A DNA stretch of 64,000 nt, taken from contig NC_059428.1 of assembly GCF_021028975.2 (NCBI RefSeq), positions 74,958,001 through 75,022,000 on the forward strand, written 5' to 3'. The notes beneath the pieces are model-generated. The model was not told the origin of the DNA. It saw only the letters and a program-made list of their open reading frames with translations, and did no database searches. Made by a program: the position numbers and the translations under genes. Shown in pieces: positions 1-8,502 of this stretch (position 1 is the stretch's first letter; every line of letters starts with the position of its first letter). This stretch comes from Sphaerodactylus townsendi. Taxonomy: Eukaryota.

Positions 1-43
1 CAGGATAAATCATAACTTTTTTCATTCCTTCAGGTTGTTGGGG

Positions 44-2052
44 AGAAGACAATACCCCCCCCTCTCCTCATCAGCTGACAGCTGACAGCCTGCGTAGCAG
101 GCTGTCCTGTCCACCATCCTTCTCCCTTCTACCTCCCAGGTGTCAACCTGCATAACCCTAGAAATGCTAGCGTGTTCCCCAGCTATCTGTCATGCTATTC
201 CCTAGCTGGCAATTGTAGTGGCTGAGTGTATCTGTGTGTGTGTCATTCGCTTTGGAAGTTGGCTCTACTTGGCAAGTCCAGGGTGTTTCTGTGTAGCGTT
301 TTTAATCTGTGTTCAACAGACTGGCATCCCTCTCAGTCCCTCCCAAGAGGAGCTGTTCATGAGCGGGAGTGAAGCGCCGTTTGAAACTGCAAAAGGAGCC
401 GTCAGGCTCGCCTTCCCACCCACCCAGGTGTCAATCTGCATAACCCTAGAAATGCTAGCGTGTTCCCCCAGCTATCCGTCATGCTATTCCCTAGCTGGCA
501 ATTGTAGTGGCTGAGTGTATCTGTGTGTGTGTGTGTGTGTGATTCACTTTGGAAGTTGGCTGTACTCGGCAAGTCCAGGGGCGTTTCTCCCTAGCGTTTG
601 TAATCTGCGTTCAACATGCTGGCATCCCCCCGCCCTTCCCCAAGCCCTGCTGTGTGTGTGTGTGTGTGTGAGAAGGAGAGAGCCCCTTGCTCGTTGAAAC
701 TGCAAAAGAGCTGCTAACGGGTGGGGTGTTCCCCTCCCACTTATCAAACGCTCATCTCCCCCCCCCTCGCTCTTCTCCTCGAGGGTTCTTGGAATAAGTC
801 CTTTATGTGTGCAGCGCGCCTGTTTCCAAACGTTGTTGTAAAAACAGACCCTTTCTCCCCTCCCAAAAGCCAAGGCGTTTGAATCATGCATCTTTCCCAT
901 CTCCGGAGCGGTCTTGGAATAAGCCCCCCCCCCCTATGTTTGCAGCCTGCTTCTTTCCAAACTTTGTTGTAAAAGCATCCTCCCTCCCCAAAGCCAAAGG
1001 GTTTACCGAAAACAATTGGGAACCGCCCAGCGCGTTCCTTCCCTGCCTACGCTGAGGTTTGAATACGAAAGCCCCGCAGTCTGCATTTCAGCACTATTTC
1101 CGCAAAAGGAAGCTCACCTTTTGTTTCTAAAGTGTATTGTGAAAAGCATCCTGCCCTACGGGGGCTGCTTTCTGAAAGCAGAGGTCGTCCAGAAAATAAA
1201 AAAAAAGGAGCAGAGAGCGTTTTGCAGGGTTTTTTCCCTAAAAGGAACGTGACTTCCTGAAAGAGTCCGTCCTGTGTTTTCCCTCCTCCCCCTCAGGGCA
1301 GTATGGCCGGGGAGCTTAATAGGGACTGGACCGATCTGTGCACCCTGCATGGTGTTCCTGACAAACCAGGAAGCATGCTTTTAAGAAAATAATAAAGTGT
1401 TTTTCCAGGCAAGAGCTGGTCGTTATTCTCGTGTGCTATGCAAAGCACCGCTTGTGTAATTCTGTCCCTCCCCAGCGAAGCAGCAGCTGCAGTCGCTGCA
1501 AAGTTTTCAGATTCTTCGTGATACCGCCACCCATGCGAGTTTTACGAAGCGCAGGTACAGCATACCGGCATGTCCCTTCTAGAGTGTCGAATGAAGGCGC
1601 AGAGCTTCCTGTCACCCTTGGGCTTATAATTTAATGGCAGGCAGTCCGCCGTGGTTGGGGCTGGGGATGACGCTGCAATTTGTGATTTCACGGGTGTGCG
1701 ACCCATCAATCAACCCGGCTCGCTCGGCAGAAGCCGGCGATGTCATTTTAGGGCGGTGCGGTGCTCTTTGGGGCTCCCCTGGAGATTGGGAACGGCCGAA
1801 TTTGGCCCAAAAAAGTTGATTTCCAGGCCATACGACGTGCCAATCAACCAGGCATGATCGGCAGAAGCCCGTGCAGTCGTTTTAGGGCGATGCGGGGCTC
1901 TTTGGTCGTTATCAGCCGGCGGCCATGTCGGGCGGGTCAAGTATCAATTTTGATTCCGTGTGCTGTGTGAGACGTCAATCAACTCGGCTCGATCTAGCGA
2001 GCGATTTAAGGCCGACCAATGAGGCGCCGGACCTCGGGGGCATAAATATGGG
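44..2052 (+). repeat. Left terminal inverted repeat (~2.0 kb)
   Basis: Reverse complement of 16290-18321. Similarity stops abruptly after ...GGGGGCATAAATATGGG (2052). The outer ~950 bp are nearly identical; the inner ~1 kb is indel-rich relative to the right copy. Confidence 0.95.
1683..2052 (+). promoter_or_regulatory. Putative inward-facing promoter at the inner end of the left TIR
   Basis: Three ~134-bp tandem units each contain CAATCAAC (1707, 1841, 1976). They are followed by CRE-like GACGTCA (1971), CCAAT (2016) and TATA-like CATAAATA (2041-2048), about 66 nt upstream of AGCATG (ATG 2114). Confidence 0.6.
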
Positions 2053-2113
2053 CAAGAAGAAGGTGTGGAAGCGCTTTTTCTGCCGTTGCTGGCTAGGAGG
2101 TGTTCTTGAAAGC

Positions 2114-2919
2114 ATGCCCGCGAATGAAAATATGCAGCCTGATACAGCGGTAATCGAAGGGTCGGGTGCTGAAGAAGGAATTTATGAAGACATGCAACCC
2201 GCTGTTCCGGACCCGGGAGAGGCTGTTATTTACGAGGAAATGGCTCCGGTACGAGTACCAGACAGGCGCCAGTGCATTCACTTCTTGCTAGATCAGGCAA
2301 GTATTATAGGGGGAAATGTGTGGTTGTTTTTTTTAAAAAAAAAATTGAAGCGTTGCAGTGCGTAGGGGGGGAAAAGCCAACCTGTTCTATTTTATCTTTT
2401 GTAGCTAGGGGATAGACGTGGTGAACGTTTCACAGGTGGTGAGTTGATCGATATTCTGGATGTTGTGTACACAAAACCACTAGCTAATTGCTGTCTCGAT
2501 TGCGAGATTATTGAATCTCACCAAAATCCAAGATCAGATGAAGAATCTGATTCTGGCCGGGGTTCAGAGGAAGAAAATGGACCGATGACCCCACCGCCAA
2601 CCCCTGCATCCACGCCGGCAAGCCCTGAGGAGCAGTCTGAGGCAGAGAAGATTATCTGTGTAGAGGAGTTATTTCCTGATGTAAGTATGCAAAAGAATAA
2701 AGGTAACAGTGTGTGTTAAGCCTACAACGTGAGCTGAATGCGTGCTTATGTTTTTAAATGTAGGTATGGAACGACCCGATCGACCTGGCAGCGTTGGCAA
2801 GACAAGTTGAAGGAGAATTGAACCCGGAGTGTTGTTACCGGTGTGGAATGGTTGAGCTGTTTCAAAAAAAAAAGCAGAGTCTTGGAGACCCAAGGGGGCT
2901 GATGCAACGTCAAAATTAA
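2114..2919 (+). CDS. Predicted 3-exon viral accessory protein (exons 2114-2296, 2405-2680, 2764-2919; ~204 aa, or 226 aa from ATG 2048), acidic and rich in short linear motifs
   Basis: Donor CAG|GCAAGT (GC-AG) pairs with acceptor TATCTTTTGTAG|, and donor GAT|GTAAGT pairs with acceptor TTTTTAAATGTAG|. Both introns are phase 0 and the joined frame is open. AATAAA at 3016-3021. Motifs: IYEDM, IYEEM, DSGRGS, TPPPTP, IICVEE, CCYRC. Confidence 0.7.
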
Positions 2920-3070
2920 GAGTTGTAGAATTGTTTTGTAGAATGGAAAAGCCAAAGTGCACAGGGGATGGTAGGGGTGTGGGTCGGTGCCCTCTCTTCT
3001 GTATATAGCGACCTGAATAAAGAAAAAGTATTCATTGCTGTAAAGAAAACGGTGTGTGTGCGTGTGTACC

Positions 3071-4192
3071 ATGTCACGGTCTCAAGAGGGTATCTTGAAA
3101 GCTATTTATTTTAACCCCGGGGAAGTAGGGAGTCTTGGAGGGGTGGATGCGCTTTACAGGGCAGCGCGTAGGAAGGGGTATAAGCAAAGCAGGAATGATG
3201 TAGCAAAATGGCTGGCCGATCAAGATGCATATGCCGTGCACAAAACAGCCAGGGTGCATTTTAAAAGGAACAGGGTTATAGTTGGTGACATCGATGAACA
3301 ATGGCAGGCGGACCTAATGGACGTTCAAAAATATTCCCAATACAATGCCGGTTACAAATACATTTTAACGGTAATAGACATTCTTTCAAAATACGCGTGG
3401 GCAGTCCCGCTCAAAGATAAGACGGGCGGTGAGGTGGCGGGGGCTTTCAAAACTCTATTTGCGGAGGGGCGCCGCCCTCATAAACTGCAAACGGATGAGG
3501 GGAAAGAGTTTTTAAATAAAAAAGTAGCGGAGGTGCTGCGACAATACGGCATAGACCATTTTACCACGAGAAATGAGGTGAAGGCAGCGGTCGTGGAGCG
3601 TTTTAATCGAACCCTCCGTTCACGCATGGCACATTTTTTCACGGCCGAGAACACTTTCAAATATATTAACGTGCTGAAGCAACTCTTAAAAAGTTACAAC
3701 CACAGTTTTCACAGGACCATACAGGCCCGGCCCGCAGATGTCAACACATCCAATTCGTTAGCTGTGTGGAGGCGTGTTTATGGTTCGCAGGCTATTCAAA
3801 AGCAGCCCAGCCGTGCCTTTAAGAACGGGGACCGCGTGAGGGTGTCTAGAGCAAAAGCTAGATTCGAAAAGGGATATGAGCAGACATTCACGGATGAAAT
3901 TTTTATCATAGACGGCACAATCAATAGAGGCATCCGTCCTATGTTCCGGTTGGTTGACTTTCAGGGGGATGCCATTCTAGGGGGGTTCTACCCAGAAGAG
4001 CTCCAGAAAGTTATCAACTGGGAAGACCGTGTATACAGGATTGAGAAAGTTATAAAAAGCAAGACAGAGAAGAAAAGCAAGCTTTTGTTCGTGAAGTGGA
4101 AGGGGTGGCCGTCTAAATTTAACAGCTGGGTGGCGGCCAAAGACGTGACGGAGCTAAATGGAGGAGGAGGGGTTTTACATGCTGCTCCCTAG
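3071..4192 (+). CDS. Maverick retroviral-like (rve) DDE integrase with C-terminal chromodomain
   Basis: Catalytic motifs WQADL, LQTDEGKEF and VVERFNRTL. Chromodomain YRIEKVI...LFVKWKGWPSKFNSWV. The ORF is intact. Confidence 0.97.
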   Translation: MSRSQEGILKAIYFNPGEVGSLGGVDALYRAARRKGYKQSRNDVAKWLADQDAYAVHKTARVHFKRNRVIVGDIDEQWQADLMDVQKYSQYNAGYKYILTVIDILSKYAWAVPLKDKTGGEVAGAFKTLFAEGRRPHKLQTDEGKEFLNKKVAEVLRQYGIDHFTTRNEVKAAVVERFNRTLRSRMAHFFTAENTFKYINVLKQLLKSYNHSFHRTIQARPADVNTSNSLAVWRRVYGSQAIQKQPSRAFKNGDRVRVSRAKARFEKGYEQTFTDEIFIIDGTINRGIRPMFRLVDFQGDAILGGFYPEELQKVINWEDRVYRIEKVIKSKTEKKSKLLFVKWKGWPSKFNSWVAAKDVTELNGGGGVLHAAP

Positions 4193-4898
4193 CAACGCGT
4201 CCACGGACCTATTTCCACAAAACACATCCTCATCTTTCACCGTGCGCCTTTCTAAACCCCTGGATTTACGCGGGCAGTGGGAAGCAGGACTTGCTGAAAT
4301 CCAGTACCCGCACACCTGGTACAAAATCACCAAACCGGCAAGCTTCGCTGTTTCTGAAGGGAACAGTAAGATTGCTCTGGAGTTTAATTTAAGACCGGGA
4401 TATTATTGGACAGTGTCCGAAATAACAGACCACATGAACAGCCTTGTCAGACGCGAGGCAAACCCCCCTTTGAGCATTAGTTTTTATTATGACCCCACGC
4501 AAGCCATGCTCCGGTTTAATGGCCCAAGGGCGTACAGGGTGACGATGAGCGAAGAGTTGGCGTTAATCATGGGGGTCCCCATCAACCAGGCCGTGACGAA
4601 AGCCGGCAACTGCTGCGACATCACAGCCGGCTTTAACACGCTGTATGTCTATACAGATATCACAGAGTATCAGGTGGTGGGGGACACAACAGCGCCACTC
4701 CTGCGCTGCGTGCCGATACGGGGAAACGTTCACGACTTTGTCACGATCACGTATGACAAGCCACACTACGTTCCTATAAATAGGCAGCACATAGAGACAG
4801 TCACCATAGAAGTAAAGAGCGACCAGGACCGCCTTGTACCGTTTAAATACGGGAAGCTTCTGGTGCGGTTGCATCTCAGACCCCGGAAGAGATGGTGA
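4158..4898 (+). CDS. Minor capsid protein (penton)
   Basis: Polinton penton signatures FYMLLPSNAS..FPQNTSSSFTVRL, WEAGLAEIQYP, LYVYTDI, VGDTTAPLLR and LHLRP. Intact and located after the integrase. Confidence 0.9.
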   Translation: MEEEGFYMLLPSNASTDLFPQNTSSSFTVRLSKPLDLRGQWEAGLAEIQYPHTWYKITKPASFAVSEGNSKIALEFNLRPGYYWTVSEITDHMNSLVRREANPPLSISFYYDPTQAMLRFNGPRAYRVTMSEELALIMGVPINQAVTKAGNCCDITAGFNTLYVYTDITEYQVVGDTTAPLLRCVPIRGNVHDFVTITYDKPHYVPINRQHIETVTIEVKSDQDRLVPFKYGKLLVRLHLRPRKRW

Positions 4899-5404
4899 CC
4901 GTGAAAGAGCACGGGAATTCCGCCATGTTTATGAGATATTATCAATCGCAGGCGGGTAGAGGGCTCCCCGGGTTTCGCGGTGCCCCTGTTATGTATGGGA
5001 AAGGTATAGGTGGTATTTTTAGCAGGTTTCTCCGCATGGCTGTGCCGCTTTTTAAAAAAGGAATTGCGATCGCCAAGCCGCATTTGAAAAAAGCAGCCCG
5101 AAACATAGCGCAAGACATGGTTTCTCACGTAACACGGAGCGTTATGAACAAGTATCCCGCACAAGAAGGGTCCGGTCTTCTCTACCTGAAAAGAAGGGGC
5201 GGGGTTAAAAGAAAGCATGCATGGTCCCATCAAGGACCCCCCAGGGCAGTAAAAAGGATCAGCCGCGGCTCTGGGAAACAGAGAGGCAAGCGCCGGTCTA
5301 GAGTCAAAGGTCGGAAGGAGAAGAAGAAGAAGAAGAAGAAGAAGAAGAAGAAGAAGAAGAAGAAGAAGAAGAAGAAGCTGTGTGCTCTCAAAGACGTGTT
5401 CTAA
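4892..5404 (+). CDS. Basic core-like protein (pVII/pVI-like precursor) with poly-Lys tail
   Basis: YYQSQAGRG...MYGKGIGGIFSRFLRMAVPLF is typical of the small Polinton ORF upstream of MCP. It has protease-site-like GxG motifs, an amphipathic helix and an Arg/Lys-rich C-terminus. Confidence 0.8.
   Translation: MVTVKEHGNSAMFMRYYQSQAGRGLPGFRGAPVMYGKGIGGIFSRFLRMAVPLFKKGIAIAKPHLKKAARNIAQDMVSHVTRSVMNKYPAQEGSGLLYLKRRGGVKRKHAWSHQGPPRAVKRISRGSGKQRGKRRSRVKGRKEKKKKKKKKKKKKKKKKKKKLCALKDVF
5321..5377 (+). repeat. (AAG)19 microsatellite encoding poly-Lys
   Basis: Perfect AAG run in frame within the core-protein ORF. Confidence 0.95.
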
Positions 5405-5411
5405 AATAATC

Positions 5412-6722
5412 ATGGCGTTTGTTCATTGTAACTCAGAAGAATGTACCAAATCAGAACTGGACCTGTTTCAAATTGCCCCCACGCAGACAAGCTTGGAGAA
5501 AAGTTTGTATATCGAAGTGCCGCCCCTCTCAGCCCTTTCTGATTTGGCACCTCTAGAATTTTTTATCCCAGGAAACGGTGAAGATTATCTAGACCTGAAT
5601 GATACGCTATTACACATCACCTGCAAGATTGTCAGGGCCGACGGGACAGCCATCCCCAACGACACCAGGGTGACGTTGGCAAACTATCCGATCGCGACAA
5701 TGTTCAGCCAGCTAGATGTCACGCTGGGGGACACCTTGGTCAGCCAGAGCAATAACTGCTACCCTTACAGAGCTTTAATAGAATTGCTTTTGAATTACAG
5801 CGGGGAAACCCTAGCCACCAGATTTTCTACAGGTGCCTTTTTTAAGGATACAGCCAGACATCACGAATCAACAGTTCTGGACGGTCCAAATCAAGGTTTT
5901 GCAAAGAGGGCTGCGCTGACTAACGGGAGTAGGAAAGTGGAGCTGCTGGGGCACCTCCACACGGATCTGTTTTTTCAACCCCGACTTATGATAAACGGGG
6001 TCGATCTGAAAATTAAATTGACACGTGCCAAAGATGCATTCTGCCTTTTAACCAACGACGCAGCCGCCGGTTTCAAGGTACAGATTTTGACGGCCTCTCT
6101 CTTTGTGAAGAGGGTGAAGGTGGCACCGGGGATCAGGTTGGCCCACGCGGAAGCTATGCGAACCACCACTGCCAAATACCCAGTGGACAGAGTGAGCATG
6201 AAGGTATTCAGCATAGCGGCAGGCACGCGTGTGAGCAACGTGGACAATTTATTTCTGGGGCAGCTCCCCAAGCAGCTGGTCTTGGCTCTCGTGGACAATG
6301 ATTCTTTTAGCGGGGAATACACCAAAAACCCCTTCAACTTTAAGCACTACAACGTTAATTTTGTCGCTTTGTACGTCGACGGGGAACAAACACCGTTGAA
6401 GCCACTTCAGCCTGACTACGAAGTGGGAACCCACGCCAGGGAGTATATGAGTTTGCTTCAATCGGCCGGGAAGCATTTGGAGGACAGGCCCTTCCTGACG
6501 AACTGTGAAGAGTTTGGACGGGGGTACGCGCTGTACGGTTTCAACCTGACACCGGATCAAGAGTGTGGGGACCATTACTCTCTGATCAAAACAGGGAACC
6601 TGAGGGCTGAAATCCGCTTTGCCTTTCCGTTGCCCGATACCGTCAACTTGGTTGTGTACGCGGCGTTTGATTCCGTGATAGAAATCAACCAAAACCGCAA
6701 CGTGCTGTTTGACCACGCGTAA
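5412..6722 (+). CDS. Major capsid protein (double jelly-roll, hexon-like)
   Basis: MAFVHCNSEECTKSELDLF start, LHTDLFFQPRLMINGVDLKIKL, NPFNFKHY, GYALYGFNLTPD and GNLRAEIRF. Intact 436 aa. Confidence 0.95.
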   Translation: MAFVHCNSEECTKSELDLFQIAPTQTSLEKSLYIEVPPLSALSDLAPLEFFIPGNGEDYLDLNDTLLHITCKIVRADGTAIPNDTRVTLANYPIATMFSQLDVTLGDTLVSQSNNCYPYRALIELLLNYSGETLATRFSTGAFFKDTARHHESTVLDGPNQGFAKRAALTNGSRKVELLGHLHTDLFFQPRLMINGVDLKIKLTRAKDAFCLLTNDAAAGFKVQILTASLFVKRVKVAPGIRLAHAEAMRTTTAKYPVDRVSMKVFSIAAGTRVSNVDNLFLGQLPKQLVLALVDNDSFSGEYTKNPFNFKHYNVNFVALYVDGEQTPLKPLQPDYEVGTHAREYMSLLQSAGKHLEDRPFLTNCEEFGRGYALYGFNLTPDQECGDHYSLIKTGNLRAEIRFAFPLPDTVNLVVYAAFDSVIEINQNRNVLFDHA

Positions 6723-6723
6723 A

Positions 6724-7251
6724 ATGGACACATGGCAGATAAGGCGTGCGTTGCTAAACAACCCCACGACCAGGAAAAGTTTCTTGGGAGTTTTCGCCAG
6801 CGATATGTTACCCTCTAAAAAGCTGGCCCAGAGGCCTGTTTGTCTGGTGGTGAATACCGACCCTCAAAACCTCCCCGGCGAGCACTGGCTGGCTATTTAC
6901 CTCCCCGATCATGAGCGCGCAGAGTTTTTTGACTCTTACGGAAACCCACCACACAGCTTACTCTACCCACAATCCCTGTTGGCTTTTTAAAAGAAAAACT
7001 CCAAGGAGATCTATTTTCATCAGAAGAAACTCCAGGGGCCCGCATCGACCACGTGCGGGCATCACTGCCTATTTTTCCTGCATCAGAGGTGTAAGGGCCG
7101 GTCGTTTGACACAGTTGTGAAGATGTATTCCGTTGACCCCACGCAGAATGACAGGATGGTCAGGACTTTTGTGAACAAAATCGGAAGGGGGGCGAACGGT
7201 TTACAGGCCCAATTAAGACCTGTACAAGCCTGTGTTTCTTGTGGACCCTAA
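6724..7251 (+). pseudogene. Adenain-like cysteine maturation protease with one in-frame stop (TAA 6988-6990)
   Basis: GEHW and FFDSYG lie before the stop. The same frame continues ...LQGPASTTCGHHCLFF to TAA 7249-7251, so the catalytic Cys lies after the stop. The lesion is probably TTA>TAA. Confidence 0.9.
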
Positions 7252-7349
7252 TAAAAAAAAACCTTTTAAAAAAATAGCATGGGTGAAGGTCTCATTTGTA
7301 AATCAAGACACGGGGACACGGTACCAATTTTTAAAAAATTAATTTTATT
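7250..7349. terminator. Convergent polyadenylation signals between the two gene modules
   Basis: AATAAA on + at 7250-7255 overlaps the protease stop. AATAAA on - at 7349-7344 overlaps the stop of the 7345-8103 ORF. Confidence 0.65.
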
Positions 7350-8103
7350 CTTCCGTTAACCACTTTCCGAGAGCTAGCCCCTGTTTCTTTTTAGAAGAGG
7401 GCAAAAGAGAGTGCATTTTCTGTTTCTTGGAAGACAGGGTGGGAGTTCTCTTTGCAGAGGGTGACAAAAAAGAGGTTTTCAAATCTTCTAGCCGTTTTCT
7501 AGTCGCTACGCTGCCAGCTACAGATGAGGGTGTGTTTAGTTCAGCCAACGCGCCGATGAACACCTCATAGCCTTTAGGGAGGCGTGCAGAAGCCGGGGCG
7601 TGTGGTTGCGTCACGGTTCTGATGAGGTCCAATATATGGGACCCGGGTACGGGCTTTCCTTTGTAAAGGAATGTCCCCTTTTCATCCCAGCTGGCGATGT
7701 GCTTGTTATCACCCATCATCTTGAACAGCACGCGTGCATTGGCTTTGTATCTCGGAGAGAGGCTTTCTACCACATCTTCCAAAACGTGGTCGGTTGGGAC
7801 TGCTAGAGGGGCCTGTGCGGCATCGAGGTGCGGTGGTGGAGCTGTTTGGGGGAAATGCAGATCTAGGCGGGCTGTTTCTTGTTCGGCCTTTCTCACGTGC
7901 GTTAGATATTTCTGAAGGTGTGCGTTATACAGCCGCGCTTTCTCATAATCTGGAAGATCTGTCCTCTGTAGTATGGCCCCCATCTCCTCATCTAGAGTAC
8001 GCACAGTGGTGCTTCGTATGTTTTCGTCACGCAGGCCCATCTGGCGATTTAGCTGCTCCAGCTGACGGCTGGGGACCAGGTACATCTTCTCAGCGTGCTC
8101 CAT
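7345..8103 (-). CDS. Conserved Maverick protein of unknown function (PW/PZ-type)
   Basis: MEHAEKMYLVP, LDEEMGAIL...EKARLY...LQKYL, WDEKG...GSHILDLI and P.G...F..AL.ELN.P are motifs typical of Polinton accessory core genes. Basic C-terminus; intact. Confidence 0.8.
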   Translation of the reverse strand: MEHAEKMYLVPSRQLEQLNRQMGLRDENIRSTTVRTLDEEMGAILQRTDLPDYEKARLYNAHLQKYLTHVRKAEQETARLDLHFPQTAPPPHLDAAQAPLAVPTDHVLEDVVESLSPRYKANARVLFKMMGDNKHIASWDEKGTFLYKGKPVPGSHILDLIRTVTQPHAPASARLPKGYEVFIGALAELNTPSSVAGSVATRKRLEDLKTSFLSPSAKRTPTLSSKKQKMHSLLPSSKKKQGLALGKWLTEE

Positions 8104-8435
8104 TAGAAAGTTGGGCCTTTAACAATCTGGTTAACAGCGGGAGTGTAATGCCCAAGAGACCCCCTATAAACCCACCGCTCTGCTTGACCAGCCGCTGCTT
8201 CTTCTTAATGGGTGTTTTGGCTGCTCAAGGCCTTAATAACGCCCCGCTTTTTTCTCAGAAAGGCCTTCTGGCGATGTGTGAGGGGAATATTTCCCTTCAG
8301 AGCATTTAAGCAAATCTCGCTTAAAGCAAGAACCAGGTCACGCGGCGGGGCTGCAAAAATAGTTTTGCGCAGTTCGGGTGAACACCTAGACAAGAGTTTC
8401 AAGAGAGCACCATTTCTCTTTAAGCATGCTGACAT
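8090..8435 (-). pseudogene. pX-like small virion protein, frameshifted near 8218
   Basis: MSACLKRN...EICLNALKGNIPL... continues in another frame as KTPIKKKQRLVKQSGGFIGGLLGITLPLLTRLL...*. The QxGG|F hydrophobic tail resembles the adenovirus pX C-terminus. Confidence 0.75.
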
Positions 8436-8502
8436 GGTGCAGCTGCTGCTGCTGCTGTTGCTGCTGCTAGGGGCGACAGTAAAAGCTCAGGAAAAGGCCT
8501 GG

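Noticed and set aside
259-285. Possible NFI site in the TIR (adenovirus-origin analogy)
   Set aside because: Only TTGGC half-sites in direct orientation; there is no TTGGC-N5-GCCAA palindrome.
218-1940. Many short ORFs in the left TIR, mirrored at 16389-18398
   Set aside because: They run through (TG)n tracts and tandem repeats, lack recognisable motifs, and are duplicated only because the TIR is duplicated.
4766-5413. 215-aa - strand ORF with a poly-Leu 'transmembrane' run
   Set aside because: It is the antisense shadow of the (AAG)19 repeat in the core-protein gene.
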